Shown: positions 42,178 to 56,216, numbered from the stretch's first letter. The stretch: 64,000 bases of DNA from Lingula anatina (GCA_051362555.1 CM120641.1:43468401-43532400); one strand, 5' to 3'. Notes: generated by a model not told the origin, from the sequence alone. Numbers and translations are program-made.

Positions 42178-43755
42178 AGACTGCATTGCCTACTGAAGCT
42201 GTATTTTAGTCCCATGTTTCTATCCTGTAAGTTTGAAAACAGTAAGTGACATGATTTTCCTTAAATGGTCATCATGGAAGCAGTGCCCAAAATGGGGGTT
42301 TCTTCAAATTTTGATGCAATATTACATAATGTTTAACAGCTTAATGACCATCAATTTTAAATTATAAAATATTTGTATCACAGATATTCAGAAAATGTGA
42401 CTAGCAAAGGTCTTCAGGCCCATGGAACTTCAAAGTCACGCCTTGATAATGCCAAAATGTAAACAAGACAGCACTGTTCTGAAATGGGTTTATTTCCATT
42501 TTTAACACTTTTTTAACATAAAACAAAATAAACATTTTACTGCCATTTTTATATGTCCAACTAAGAAAATTGATGTGATGGGAAAAGTATCAATAGAACA
42601 GTGTTAAATGTCCAATTTCCTCCATTCTGAGATTCTGAACATAGTGGATGATTGAATCTGACAAACTGCAATGATATGAGTTTATTTCCATTTTTGACAC
42701 TTGATTACACAATACATGATAACAAGTTTACCATGTTTTTTACATAATTAACTAACAATGTTGTAAAGATGCAGGAAATATCAAACAAACACTTTTAGGC
42801 ATCTTATTAGTTAAATAATGAAACTGTTAACATGCCTAATAATTGAATCTGAGGAAATGTGAAAAAAAAACAGTATAACTTCTTAAGTAATGGCCCGATT
42901 ATGCTTATTTTCGAACTCAACCTGCGTTTTAGTAAGATTGACCACTCCTGTGAGTATAATTACAATTGGCCAATCCGTTTTTCTTATATTGTGTTATCAG
43001 TGTTGCATTTATATTGAAAATAGTGAAAAAACAGCATAAATTACCTAAAAGTGACCCGATCATGCTGATTTTCGAACTTAACCTGCGTATTATGAATATT
43101 CATCAGTTCTGTAAGTTTCAAGTCAAAAGGTAAAATGGTTTTCCACTTATCGTGTTATCGGTGCTGCATATATGCTGAAAAAAGTGAAAAAACAGCATAA
43201 ATTCCCTAAAAGTGACCCGATCATGCTGATTTTCGAACTTGACCTGCGTATTATGAATATTCATCAGTTCTGTAAGTTTCAAGTCAAAAGGTAAAATGAT
43301 TTTCCACTAATCGTGTTATCGGTGCTGCATACATGCTGAAAATAGTGAAAAAACAGCATAAATTCCCTAAAAGTAACCCGATCATGCTGATTTTCGAACT
43401 TGACCTAAGTATTATGAATATTCATCAGTTCTGTAAGTTTCAAGTCAAAAGGTAAAATGATTTTCCACTAATCGTGTTATCGGTGCTGCATACATGCTGA
43501 AAATAGTGAAAAAACAGCATAAATTCCCTAAAAGTGACCCGATCATGCTGATTTTCGAACTTGACCTGCGTATTATGAATATTCATCAGTTCTGCAAGTT
43601 TCAAGTCAAAAGGTAAAATGGTTTTCCACTTATTGTGTTATCGGTAAAAGTGCACGGCGACGGCGACGGCGACGACAGCGACGACGGCGACGACGGCGAC
43701 GACAGACGCAGATGATGGCTATATGTACAGACACATCTGTGTCTGTACATAAAAA
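41724..43755 (-). mobile_element. HINE-like element D, short form
   Basis: Same termini and the same internal junction (AAGATGCAAATAAGTGAAAAATT) as element A. Confidence 0.78.
42860..43645. repeat. Tandem array of the 161-bp unit (4 near-identical copies plus 1 diverged)
   Basis: Anchor at 43031, 43192, 43353, 43514. Confidence 0.95.
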
Positions 43756-44145
43756 GTGCAGATTTCAATGGGAATATAGCATTTACCCATAGGTACAGCT
43801 GCACATTTTTCAGCAGTAAAAAAAAAAAAAAATTAAACTGGCATTTCCAAAAAATTATTCTTGCTGGTGATCAAATATTGTACGGGGAGGGAGGGGGGGG
43901 GGGGGGCGGGGGCACGCCCCTTACATACTTTTGTAGTAACTCCTCCCTTCAAAAATAATGGCAAGCAAAAAAGAGACTAAAAAGCGTGATTGTAAAATCC
44001 CTGTTACATTGTTAAAGTAATCCTTACCTCTTTTTACTATGATTGTAGGGACAGAAATATAAGCTTTTAAACCTACATGATGTATTCAGCTTAATTTGAC
44101 GTACTGTACTGTACTGTACTGTACTGTACTGAGAATGTACTCTAA

Positions 44146-44516
44146 GCGCAATCGGCAATCCTCGGCTCATTCCGCAAGCTCCATACTGACCTCGGATGTG
44201 ATAGGCGGAGAAATATGCATCAAATCCATGCATTTTGTCCGCCGGAAATGCCTTCTCACTCAATCAATTATTCTGCTCATAAAGATGTCTGTCAACACCC
44301 CTGATTTTTATGATGCTTTACAGTTTGCCAAACAATGCACTTAGTTTGACTTTGATTTAAAAGATAAATAGATACAGGCGTTGAAAGAATTAGGTTTAAA
44401 TTAGCGCGAGGTTGAAAGTAGTTCCTTCCCAACAATCAACAATCAAAATGGCTGCCTCCGTATTACGGCCGAGGTCATTGTCGAGTGCGGAGACATCCGA
44501 GTAGTTTCGAGTGCTC
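44146..44516. mobile_element. 371-bp insertion with TAA TSD (PIF/Harbinger-like)
   Basis: Empty sites at 54799 (TACTCTAAGCGAAG) and 62957; TAA is duplicated; short imperfect TIR. Confidence 0.75.
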
Positions 44517-45291
44517 TAAGCGAAGAAGTGTTTTGCCCAAGCCGGTGTGACGAAACTGAGGGTCCGTGTAACAGAGAATCCATTCTCCCTTTCTTTATGG
44601 AAGTTGGTGTTAGCCTGACTTAAAAATATAAAATTCAAAATCTAAAGCTTTGTGCACGATTATTGATAAAAAATAAAAGCACCGATTCCAAGTCAACTAT
44701 CTTCAAAATTCTGCCATAATCTACTTACATTATTTATCACCATAACGTACGATTAAGAATTTAGAAAAAAAATATAAGAATTTTAAGTATTTAAACGAGA
44801 AAAACACTCAAAGAAAACAGATCTCTATAGCAAGGCAGCTCAGTTCTCTCTTTTTTCTATTATTATTAGTAGTAGTAGTAATCATTTACTAATTACTTGA
44901 TAAATCAAAAAATCAACTCAATTTTCAATATTGTTATTAATTTATTTATCCACTAATTGATAAGTTAAATTCTGAAAATTATTAATTTAATAAACAATTA
45001 AAATTAATAAACTAATCTAATGATTATTACATCCAGCCCATTTCTCTCTCATATTCCCTCCACAGCTTTTTGCATAATGTTGCTAACAGACAAAGATATT
45101 TAATTAATTAACTATAACTGTCAATCTACTCGTTTGTTACTTGATTTGCTCTCGATAGTTTGTGAAAAAAATTAGGAAAATCCTTCCTACCCACTTGAAT
45201 ACTTCCCCAAGGGAAATCTATTCATTGTCTATTAGCGGATTAGACGGTAAGCTTTGAAGAGGGTCGCCATATTTGATCCTCGGACTAGTTA

Positions 45292-45516
45292 GATCGCATT
45301 CACAACGATTTGAGCCAGGCTTTACAAATCCTGAGACTAAATATGGCGAACGGAGCCGAGATTTAATGACTGTACCCCGCAGGGACGACGTGTGGGGGGA
45401 GGCGTGTGAGAAGCGGAGAGACTATTAAAAGATTAGGCGGTTTTCCTTTCATGTACGTCCGCCATATTTAGTCTCAGGATTTGTAAAGCCTGGCTCAAAT
45501 CGTTGTGAATGCGGTC
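45292..45516. mobile_element. MITE with about 55-bp near-perfect TIRs
   Basis: CGCATTCACAACGATTTGAGCCAGGCTTTACAAATCCTGAGACTAAATATGGCG and its reverse complement. Confidence 0.82.
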
Positions 45517-45954
45517 GGAGTCCTATTCTGAATGGGGCCAATGACATACACGGTACTCGGGCAGTCTGCTATCCGAGCCAATTTTCACAAAACAACTTCA
45601 GTCTACGGTTGCATTTAGATGGGATTTTCACGGCAAAAGGCAAATATCCCGCACACACGAATTACTGTTTGACCCTCCTTACACTTGGGTTTGATGTTTT
45701 GTACATTTAAGTACAGTGAATCATTCATATTTCGCTATCTGCCTTGGGTTTGATCTTTTGTATAACTAATTTCCTTGAATCATTCCTATCCACTTGCCTT
45801 TCGATATCTCTTAAGGAAATATTGCCACCAGACACTTTTATTTTAGAGTTTTTTTTATTTGCTTCTTATATCTGAATCTGAAGTATAAAATATCAAAAAC
45901 TCCGCCAGTATATTATGAAATATGCTTCTGCGTTTCGGACTTCGCAGCTGGAAC

Positions 45955-48127
45955 TATATATATATGACAAAGGCCCGGACCAAATCTAGTCCTATGCATA
46001 AAAACCCTTGTTTATTACGCCCTGGCTGGGCCCATTCTTTATGGTGTCTTTGCATTGTTAACAGCATAATGGACTAGTTAATTGACCAAGTTAATTGGCC
46101 AAGCTGCCGGTTTGTTTGTATGGCATGTGCAGAGGATGTCTTAGATCAAGGCATATATTATGATACTTACAGGTGTGGCAAATGAGATATACTTGTATTT
46201 CATTACCTGTGATTTGTAAAATACATCTGAGGATGATACTTTTAAAGATGTTTAATGTTAAAAGGAAAGACATGTAGATTGATTTTGTAACATTTACTAA
46301 AGAAATGTTAAATTAAAGGTGGGGTTCATTTGTTAGTGTGTGAAAAAGGTCTTTGTATTATCTGCATTTTCTAAAGGATAAATTACAAAGACCTTTTTCA
46401 AACTTTTTTTTTTATGTTTAAAATAATAAGGATAAAGGATTAAATATAGGATAAGGAATAAATTGGTATCATGCTTATGTAACATACATTAGTTTTTATT
46501 AGTTTTAACAAATGTATCCTAATGAATCGACTTTATCAGTGTTCTAAACTGGCATAGATTATGATGTAAATAAAAATATATTATAACTTTAGGGAGTTTT
46601 TTATTGCTGTGCCTGCAAATAGAACAAAGTTTTTCTATTTATTCACACCTTTCTCTGTAATTTATCCTTAAGAAAATGCAGAGATTTTCCCAAAAGGTCA
46701 ACAAAACAAAGGGCAGACTTTTTCCTATAATCTGTATAAAATCTAGATAACTAAAATCAGGCCTTCCCAACTACCAGACTCGGCACCTACGGGTCCAGAA
46801 TAAACCGGTATATCTGACCACACGACCCGTTTTCAAGGTGTGTGTCAGATCGCATAAAAGAGTATCATACCCTATCACAAATTCTGTAAGCCTACCTGTC
46901 ATCCGGGTATCGCGCCTCGTTTTCGTCAAGTAGGAGTCGCATGAATACAACAGACGACTCCCTCAATCAGGGGGTGGAAACGCGCTACTTATATGATTAA
47001 GACGAACCTAGCCGTCAGTACCGGTTATTGTTTTGTGACCTTGAGGAGCAATTAGGTTTGGTCGTTGCGGCACGCATCAACAGTAGTTGAACTACCACAC
47101 CTGGGTCTTTTGTTTTTGACAACTGTTCACTCGTCATCGAGGCGCTTGTTCAAGACTACAGGCTGATATCTACTAGTAGTACTACCAGTGGCTTCATTAG
47201 TAACGTTCCCACAATACTTAAGTTTTCTGTCCGTGCGTACAAACCCTGAAAAAGGACAGCCTCGCTGACTAGAACAATGGAGGTTTCTCACCCCTCTCTA
47301 GGATTACCCCTGCCCTCAATCTCGTCCATCCCGGTAGTCACGAAAATATTTAACCCCCGACAGAATATGCTTCTGCTATCAAAATTAGGTCTACTTTTCT
47401 AAATTAATATAGAAGTTTGCAAGTTCTTATTTACAAAACATCATTGGCTATGTCCGAACCTAAATTTTATGTTAAAAATTGCGGTACTGTCAGATTTTAG
47501 CATAAACAGAAAATTGCAGCAGCGCATGAATCTAGATGAGATGCACTACTTTCCAACCCCGCTTAGGATCATTGCTATCACATTGCGCACCAGGCAAAAT
47601 CGGTGTGGTGGCTGATACTCTTTTATGCGATCTGACACACACCTTGAAAACGGGTAGTGGGGTCTGATAAACCGGTTTATACTGGACCCGTAGGTGCCGA
47701 GTCTGGTAGTTGGGAAGGCCTGAAAATAACACACTAACAAATGGAGTCCACCTTTAATTTAACATTTCTTTGTATTGGTAAATGTTACAAAATCAATCTA
47801 CATGTCTTTCCTTTGAACATTAAACATCTTTAAAAGTATCATCCTCAGATGTATTTTACAAATCACAGGTAATGAAATACAAGTATATCTCATTTGCCAC
47901 ACCTGTAAGTATCATAATATGTGCCTTGATCTAAGACATCCTCTGCACATGCCATACAAACAAACCGGCAGCTTGGCCAATTAACTTGGTCAATTAACTC
48001 GCCCATTATGCTGTTAACAATGCAAAGACACCATAAAGAATGGGCCCAGCCAGGGCGTAATAAACAAGGGGTCTGGGCTTTTCATGCATAGGACTAGATT
48101 TGGTCCGGGCCTTTGACATATATATAG
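45955..48127. mobile_element. Foldback-like element with about 390-bp terminal inverted repeats, in a (TA)n context
   Basis: 45955-~46340 is the reverse complement of ~47730-48127; no ORF inside. Confidence 0.75.
46758..47723. mobile_element. Nested non-autonomous TIR element (about 110-bp TIRs)
   Basis: TCAGGCCTTCCCAACTACCAGACTCGGCACC...AAAAGAGTATCA at 46758-46868, inverted at 47612-47723. Confidence 0.8.
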
Positions 48128-48220
48128 CCATGCTAGATCTTCACTGACCCGGGGCAACATGTAAAACGGTTTCTTGGAAAACTGTAGATCTAAACTACCG
48201 TCTTCGGTGGCGTCGCTGTG

Positions 48221-48265
48221 ATTGGTCAGTTTGTTGAGAAGCTATCACTCAGTGCTGTGTATAAA
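48221..48265 (+). promoter_or_regulatory. Inverted CCAAT plus TATA core promoter of ZP copy 2
   Basis: ATTGG at 48221, TATAAA at 48260; candidate donor AG/GTAGGT at 48385. Confidence 0.6.
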
Positions 48266-48816
48266 TTCACACGCAGCTTCCTTTGCCGTGTTGGGCAAGG
48301 AAAGGAGTGGCTTTAATCTCTTTTTTTTTTTCGTATTTTGAGGATATTCGCAGATAATTCGAGTGTCAAACGGACCGGTAAAGAGGTAGGTTAAACTTGG
48401 GTTTGAGGACTACTGTTTCCAGGAGGCTTCCTGCTCAAATATATTTCTTATAAGGTGTATCCATCAAAGATTTTCATGGACACAAATAATAAGTGTATGC
48501 CAGGGACCACTCCCAATTAAATGGTTTTTATGTGACACGCTTGAAATATTGATTATTAATTTTTATAAAAATTAAACTTCGAAACCACGAACAAATGCAA
48601 AAACAGTCATTCATTACCATGTGGTCAGCAAAATAAAAAAAGTTATTTGGAGGAATCTCCGATAAAAATATGTCTAAGTGCCTGTAAAAACAAAGTTTGA
48701 AAAGAGACATATGGTTGTAAATTTCTAAATGAAATTTAAAAAAACGACCGTTAGCAAATTAAACGCAGTTCCTTCTTATAACATGAAATCGCGTTTCATT
48801 TCAGTTTCCAAGTACA

Positions 48817-49129
48817 ATGAAGGTTGCTGCAGCTCTTTGGGTAATATGAATATTTTGTCTTTTTTTGCTCGTCATAAATCTGCACAACACTTTGGTCAGC
48901 ATCTGGGAAACAGACGTGGTTTATGGCAGCTATTATTAATTAAATGTAGGATCTATACGCTGTGTTAATTAACTTGCAAATATATTAAAATAATTGCTTA
49001 ATATTTAGTATGGCCATCACACGTTGGCATCAGGTCATTTTTTAAATATTGGTTAAACTATTATTTTATTATTTTAGTGTCTCCAAGTTTATTTGGCTGT
49101 CTTTATTCTTGACACGACCAACTCATCTG

Positions 49130-49167
<38 letters not shown>

Positions 49168-52100
49168 CGTCTATCCTAAAACTAAAAAATCATGCTTGGA
49201 ATTTTCATAACGCACTGACAGTCAGTGGCTCATTCGGGAAATTAAGAATCTGTTCAAGTTATATGATCCCCCTTAGGTTCTCCTCTCCACTCCATACACT
49301 TCTCTAGATGCGCAAATGAAGACTGTGCAGTGCTACGTTTTACCGATTTAAATAGGACGTCCTATTCCTTCTTGATCTTCATATCAAATTCTCACTGACA
49401 ATAATCTTTTTGGGAACCAATTTTCTCGACATGAGTGAGACGTGAAGAAAGTTTGACATAAATGAAGCATTCGGTCTAAATTTCAGAGCATCTCATCTCT
49501 AGCTCTTCTTCAGAGTGGACAGAAAATGTTTAAATCAATAGAAAAAAAAGCAATTATTTCTATTAAATCTACTTCAGCCACCTATCGCTGCGGAGTGAGC
49601 CCAAATGAAGTGATAATAGTCGTAGTAAACGACGCTAATTACGCGAACACGTACATCGCGGATTATAAAGATGACTCCAACTGTCAACCAAAGTTTATTG
49701 GCTCACAATCAAACTGGACTCATGCGACATTCACACTGGCAGAAAACTCCTGTGGAATGACATCATCGGTAAAGTGTTTCTCTTCTAGCAAAATCTAAGG
49801 GTGGATTCAGAATATAATATCCGAGTATCAACAGGTCCAAGGCTAAAATATGGCCTACCTTACTTGAAAGGAAGACCACTTAATCCTGCAATGGTTTTTC
49901 CGACTCTCACACGCCTCCCCACGCATTTGGTCGATTGGAACCGAGATTTAATTATTGTGCCCCTGCAGGGACGACGCGTGGGAAGGCGTGTGAGAGGTGG
50001 AATGACCATTAGAGGATTAAGTGCTCTTCCTTTCATGTAATGTCTGCCATATTTGAGTCTTGGAACAGTTGATACTCGGATCTTCTATTCTAAATGACCC
50101 CTTAGCCCGCATTCAAAACAGAAGTTGATCTGCGGACTAAAATATCTGTGGATCCAATATGGCCGAATGAAATAAAGCGGCAAGCTTTCAAGTGGGTCGG
50201 CCATATTATATTGGTGATGTGTTAGTCCGCGGGTCAACTTATCATGAATGCCCCCTTACTTTAGCTGCTGCTTGTAGAAGTAATTGTTGTAACTTTATGT
50301 AGCAATGTTACTCCAAACTTTCGACGGTATTTATCGCAAATCATATTGCTGTGACAAGGTTACGTTGACATAAGAGCAGGTTATACACAAAGAACGGGTG
50401 CTGTACAAGTCGTGGAGAATTTTTGAGTTAGCGGTGGCTCTGTGTTGCCTGTAAAAGTGCGTGTTACAACTTGTTTCATTTACAAATGAAGTAGAGGTTA
50501 TATCGTTTCTATAATTGTAGCTATGAGTACAATACTACATTTTTTCCTTTTTGTTAAAGTAAAAAAAGACTGGTACATAATGCAAAATTCATTTCAGGGC
50601 GGACGCGACCTATGGACCGTTTTAGCGACAGAGAATTCCCGCATAGAACAACACACTGATGTTGAATTCGCCACGACTCCGGGCTGCGACTTCACTGGAG
50701 ACGAGACAGTTTTTGTGGAAATAACTTCTGTTCGCGTGCAGAACATGTACGTACATATTGTTTTTTTCTTTTTGAAGATTAATGTTATAATTGTGAATGC
50801 AAAATATTACGATTCATTTTCTTTTCAACATTCAAATTTTTATTAGGCAACTGCAAATATTTAGTTACAAACCCCAAAAGATGAATTTGAAATATAGAAA
50901 AAAGGGGCCAATTATACTACAATTATGGTGGACGCAATGCTTTTAAATGATCCTTTTTCTCATGTGGTTTGAGAAATGCCTTCATAATAAGTGTGAATAT
51001 CTAGCGACCGATCAGATAACCGTTAGCAATGAACTGACCATGATGTATTAGTAAATGGTTTTGGGATTTGGGCTTTGCCGAGATCTTCAAGTTTTTAGGG
51101 CTTAAAAGGCAACATACTGGTATTAAACACCTCCAAAGTCAACTATTGCATAACATTATGACAGAAGTTTTAGTCCAACAGAACACGCATTTCTAAATAA
51201 ATTGTTATTAGCTAAAAGCTTGGATTTGCCAAGATGGTCTGATAGTTTGGCAGATTGATACCGACGAGAATTCTGTATAATTTAAGTAAGATGTAATTTT
51301 AACATCTTATGAACTCGTCTCCATGAGGCTAAAATACAGTTAAACCATATTTACCATGATTCCATGCTTGAGCAGCGGCTGATATATCGCATATTACTTC
51401 GTATTTAGATTTGTTTGTTTTTAATTGTGAAAGTTATAAAATCTTAGCTGTTTATCTTAAGTGCTTATCTGCAATGACCATGAATGCATATGTTTGGACA
51501 TAGATAAATGTGGGTCACCAGTATAATTCATCAGAATTATTTGCAAGCCAAGAATATGCGGTATAACTCTTCATTAGGCCTACATCAATATGCAATTGCG
51601 TGCCTTGCTAAGGCAAATATTGAAAAATTGTTGCATAGTCATGATGTTTATTTATGGGGAATATTATGTCCTTTACAATAGCTATATTTGAGAATTTATT
51701 GTATTTTGTTTTTGTTTTTTATCGCATCAATTTGAAAACATTTTTTCTCTTTTATTTGCCAGAACGTTTTCACAAAGTGCTGCAAACCTTGCCGCGGAAA
51801 CCGTTACCATGGTGATGAATCGAAATAGCGATGGCGCTGAGATCACAAGCTGTTACTTAGGCGAAAATGTTACGCTCTCGATGACTCTAGGAAAATCGAA
51901 AAGTAATTAATTGGTTCATTCACAATGAAATAGTTTTTATTGGGGATCACGATCTCCGTTTTTACAGAAAAATAAGTCAAAAGTAGCCCTCCACTTTAAA
52001 GCCTAAAATTTGTGTGGTAGACATTGGATTAAAATAAGAAATTGGGTCTGTAATCACCATAGAAGTGCTGGTCGACAGTTGACTTATTTAAATTGATCAC

Positions 52101-54214
52101 TACAAAATTCTAGTGTGGAAGTGGTAAATATATTTCGGTCTTAAAGTAAATACGAAATTTGGTGCATATGTATGAGAAAAAAAGATGTTTCATTCTCTTT
52201 AATTGGAGATTTTTTGAGAATAGTAGACCGTTGAAAGAAAGATATTTCAAAATGCATTCTTATTTCTGAATATACAGATTGATTCATGAAGTGTTAGTTC
52301 TTATAAAAGTATCTCGTCTTTCTTTAATTAGCTGCAAAGGGTATAAAAGTGTTTGGATGTTATGCAAAACCTACGAAAAGTTCAAATGAAACGTTTGCTC
52401 TTCTGGGTGATAACGGGTAAGTACATTTCTTTGAAGTTTAATATGAAACAAAGCAATCCTAATGTTTTTCTGAGCTACTGTTACATCAATTAAAAGGTTT
52501 TTTAATTAAGTTACTCGACTTGCCTGCACATAACATTTAATGCTGTTTTTTGTAAGTCATTACTATTCAAGTTTTTTTTTCATTCTGGGAAGGGGTCACG
52601 TGGGTATTGAGTTTGTTGTCTCCGAACCCACAGTACACATTAATGTATGATTGGATCACTTACAGATACTTATAGGACTGATATCGATAACATTTTTTTT
52701 TCACATCAGGTGCCCCGAAGACAATCAATTCATTTCTGATCCATTCTCTGGCCAGGGGAATTATATTACATCTGGTGCATTCAATTGTTTCAAATTCCCA
52801 GAGTCGACCACCTTGTATTTCACCTGTGAGATAGGGTTTTGCACCACGAATGATGATTTAAGGTGTATATCGGTAAATATTTTATATACCTTTACGTGTA
52901 TGTGTAGAAACCTTCGTTTATTCGAGAACTACTGGGTTTAAAGCTATAGTTGTCCCATAAAGTTTTGCTTTGGTCAAATAAATTTCTTAATTTGTCAATC
53001 CCTACACGAATAACCCTCAGCTTGAGAGACTCGTGCAGACTCGATTTTATTCCTTTCGACTGCCTTGTTCATTTTGATACATGATTTGGTACACCGTTCG
53101 AAGTAGACGATAAAATATCGGCTGCAATGATCGTCTGCGAAAATTTGAAGCTCGGGGTGAGAGAAATTGGAGATAAACGACAAACCTAAGAAAACATTAT
53201 GCTGGGCTGTTAAAAGCTGTTGCCTATAAATGATCAAGAGAATGATATTTATAGTTCAAAATACATCGTGATCCATCTTCACGGTTAGTCGCTTAGATGA
53301 ATGCGTATACCTGTAGGTCTTTATGGGCTACTGTAAATAAACTTTCTATTGGATAATAAAGACTTTATTCATGTATTTGGACCTGATGATTCACACTTCC
53401 TTTAATGGTTATTGTCTTTCGCGTTATTGAGAGATACAGATGACTTTTATTGATTGTTTAAGACTGTTTTAACAACATTTGATTTATTTCACAGGGTCCT
53501 ACCTGTGCTTTTGCCGCACAAGCTGTTGCCGTAAAATCTGTTGTCGACAGAAATAAAAGACGGGTGACTGGTGAAGAGCAAAAATCACCAAAGACGCCTC
53601 GCGTTGACGTCATCAACTCCCCGTACCAGCCGGAGACAGAGGAGCACTACCCGATAAGTTTAGAAGTTTCAGTCATCACATTACCGGAGGAAAACCCGTT
53701 TAGCAATAACAAAGGTAACTATTATATGAATAAAAGACACTGGCGTTCAAATTTCGAAAAAAAAAATCAAATTGATTTTTTGAAAAAAAAACTACCGTCT
53801 TAAAAAGTTAATCTAAAACTTTTTTAGAAATATTGGAAGGTAGAACTTCGCTTCATTCGTAGTAATAACCTTATTCAAGATATCTAGTAAAATAAAGATA
53901 TATATTTAATTTAAATGGTAAAATAATTTAAAATAAGCGGCGTATTTTTGTCCACGACAAATATAACTTTGTCATTTTATATATGCACTTTCGTTTCAGA
54001 AAAAATGGAGATGCCAAAAGCCACGAAATCAATAATTTTCACAGTGACGACTATTGCCCTGGCGTGTCTGTTTCTGGCTGCGGTCGCAGCTGTTATCATC
54101 GTACCTCTCCGAATGTTAAAATTGCGCCGTCAACTGAGAAACTCCACTCAGCTGCATCATGACGCCAGTTTCAACACTCCTGTTCACATTCCAGTCACTA
54201 TTCTCAGACCTTAA
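48817..54214 (+). CDS. ZP-module transmembrane protein, copy 2 (412 aa; apparent chimera)
   Basis: Coding exons 48817-48840, 49078-49129, 49578-49768, 50598-50746, 51763-51902, 52332-52416, 52710-52872, 53495-53714, 54000-54214; same architecture as copy 1, no stops or frameshifts. Confidence 0.9.
49799..50255. mobile_element. Two adjacent MITEs in the intron after the ZP-N exon of copy 2
   Basis: Inverted arms at 49799-50101 and 50105-50255, separated by TTA. The first is absent from copy 1. Confidence 0.65.
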
Positions 54215-55569
54215 TAAGATTATATCGCAATTTGTAATGTAATCCAAATGTTTGAGTCACAAAAAAAGATATGTCTATATAAAATAAAGGAATGGCAGGT
54301 AAAATATTAAAACGTGTTCTTGTTAACATTGACTTTCACAGGATTAGATCGGGACCAAGGCGATTTTGAGTCGTGATGCACACAACTATCTATTTAAGTG
54401 CTGGCGACATTCTCTCAAGTCGACTGAATGTTAATATTTCTGTGACTGTGACAAGTCACGGTCTGTATAGTGTTGAGTGCACTGCGGCACAACCCCCTCC
54501 CCACAAAATAAATAAATAAACTAAAAGGTCTAGATAGCGAATTTCTAAAACTGCGCACTGCACGTATTTCAAACTAATTTACACGCCCCTTACATACTTT
54601 TGTAGTAACTCCTCCTCCCTCCAAAAATAATGACAAGCAAAAAAGAGACTAAAAAGAGTGATTGTAAAATCCCTGTTACAGTGTTAAAGTAAACCTTACC
54701 TCTTTTACTATGATTGTAGGGACAGAAATATAAGCTTTTAAACCTACACGATGTATTCAGCTTAATTTGACGTACTGTACTGTACTGAGAATGTACTCTA
54801 AGCGAAGAAGTGTTTTGCCCAAGCCGGTGTGACGAAACTGAGGGTCCGTGTAACAGAAAATCCATTCTCCCTTTCTTTATGGAAGTTGGGGTTAGCCTGA
54901 CTTAAAAATATAAAATTCAAAATCTAAAGCTTTGTGCACGATTATTAATAAAAAATAAAAGCACAGATTCAAAGTCAACTATCTTCAAATTTCTGCCAAA
55001 TCTACTTACATTATTTATCACCATAACGTACGATTAAGAATTTAGAAAAAATATAAGAATTTTAAGCATTTAAACGAGAAAAACACTCAAAGAAAACAGA
55101 TCTCTATAGCAAGGCAGCTCAGTTCTCTCTTTTTTCTATTATTATTATTAGTAGTAGTAGTAATCATTTACTAATTACTTGATAAATCAATAAACTCAAT
55201 TTTCAATATTGTTAATAATTTATTTATCCACTAATTGATAAGTTAAATTCTGAAAATTATTAATTTAATAAACAATTCAAATTAATAAACTAATCTAATG
55301 ATTATTACATCTAGCAAATTTCTCTCTCAGGTTCCCTCCACAGCTTTTTGCATAATCTTGCTAACAGACAAAGAGATTTGATTAATTAACTTTAACTGCA
55401 AATCTACTCGTTTGTTACTTGATTTTCTCTCGATAGTTTGTGAAAAAAATTAGGAAAATCCTTCCTACCCACCTGAATACTTCCCCAAGGGAAATCTATT
55501 CATCGTCTATTAGCGGATTAGATGGTAAGCTTTGAAGTGGGTCGCCATATTTGATCCTCGGACTAGTTA

Positions 55570-55794
55570 GATCGCATTCACAACGATTTGAGCCAGGCTT
55601 TACAAATCCTGAGACTAAATATGGCGAACGGAGCCGAGATTTAATGACTGTACCCCGCAGGGACGACGTGTGGGGGGAGGCGTGTGAGAAGCGGAGAGAC
55701 TATTAAAAGATTAGGCGGTTTTCCTTTCATGTACGTCCGCCATATTTAGTCTCAGGATTTGTAAAGCCTGGCTCAAATCGTTGTGAATGCGGTC
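55570..55794. mobile_element. Same MITE, duplicated with the ZP spacer
   Basis: Essentially identical to 45292-45516. Confidence 0.82.
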
Positions 55795-56216
55795 GGAGTC
55801 CTATTCTGAATGGGGCCAATGACATACACGGTACTCGGGCAGTCTGCTATCCGAGCCAATTTTCACAAACTTCAGTCTACGGTTGCATTTAGATGGGATT
55901 TTCACGGCAAAAGGCAAATATCCCGCACACACGAATTACTGTTTGACCCTCCTTACACTTGGGTTTGATGTTTTGTACATTTAAGTACAGTGAATCATTC
56001 ATATTTCGCTATCTGCCTTGGGTTTGATATTTTGTATAACTAATTTCCTTGAATCATTCCTATCCACTTGCCTTTCTTAAGGAAATATTGCCACCAGACA
56101 CTTTTATTTTAGAGTTTTTTATTTGCTTCTTATATCTGAATCTGAAGTATAAAATATCAAAAACTCCGCCAGTATATTATGAAATATGCTTCTGCGTTTC
56201 GGACTACGCAGCTGGA

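Noticed and set aside
48729-48968. ORFs MK..SRFISVSKYNEG.. (also 57272-57457)
   Set aside because: Out-of-frame read across the 24-nt first coding exon and its flanking introns; frameshifted in copy 1.
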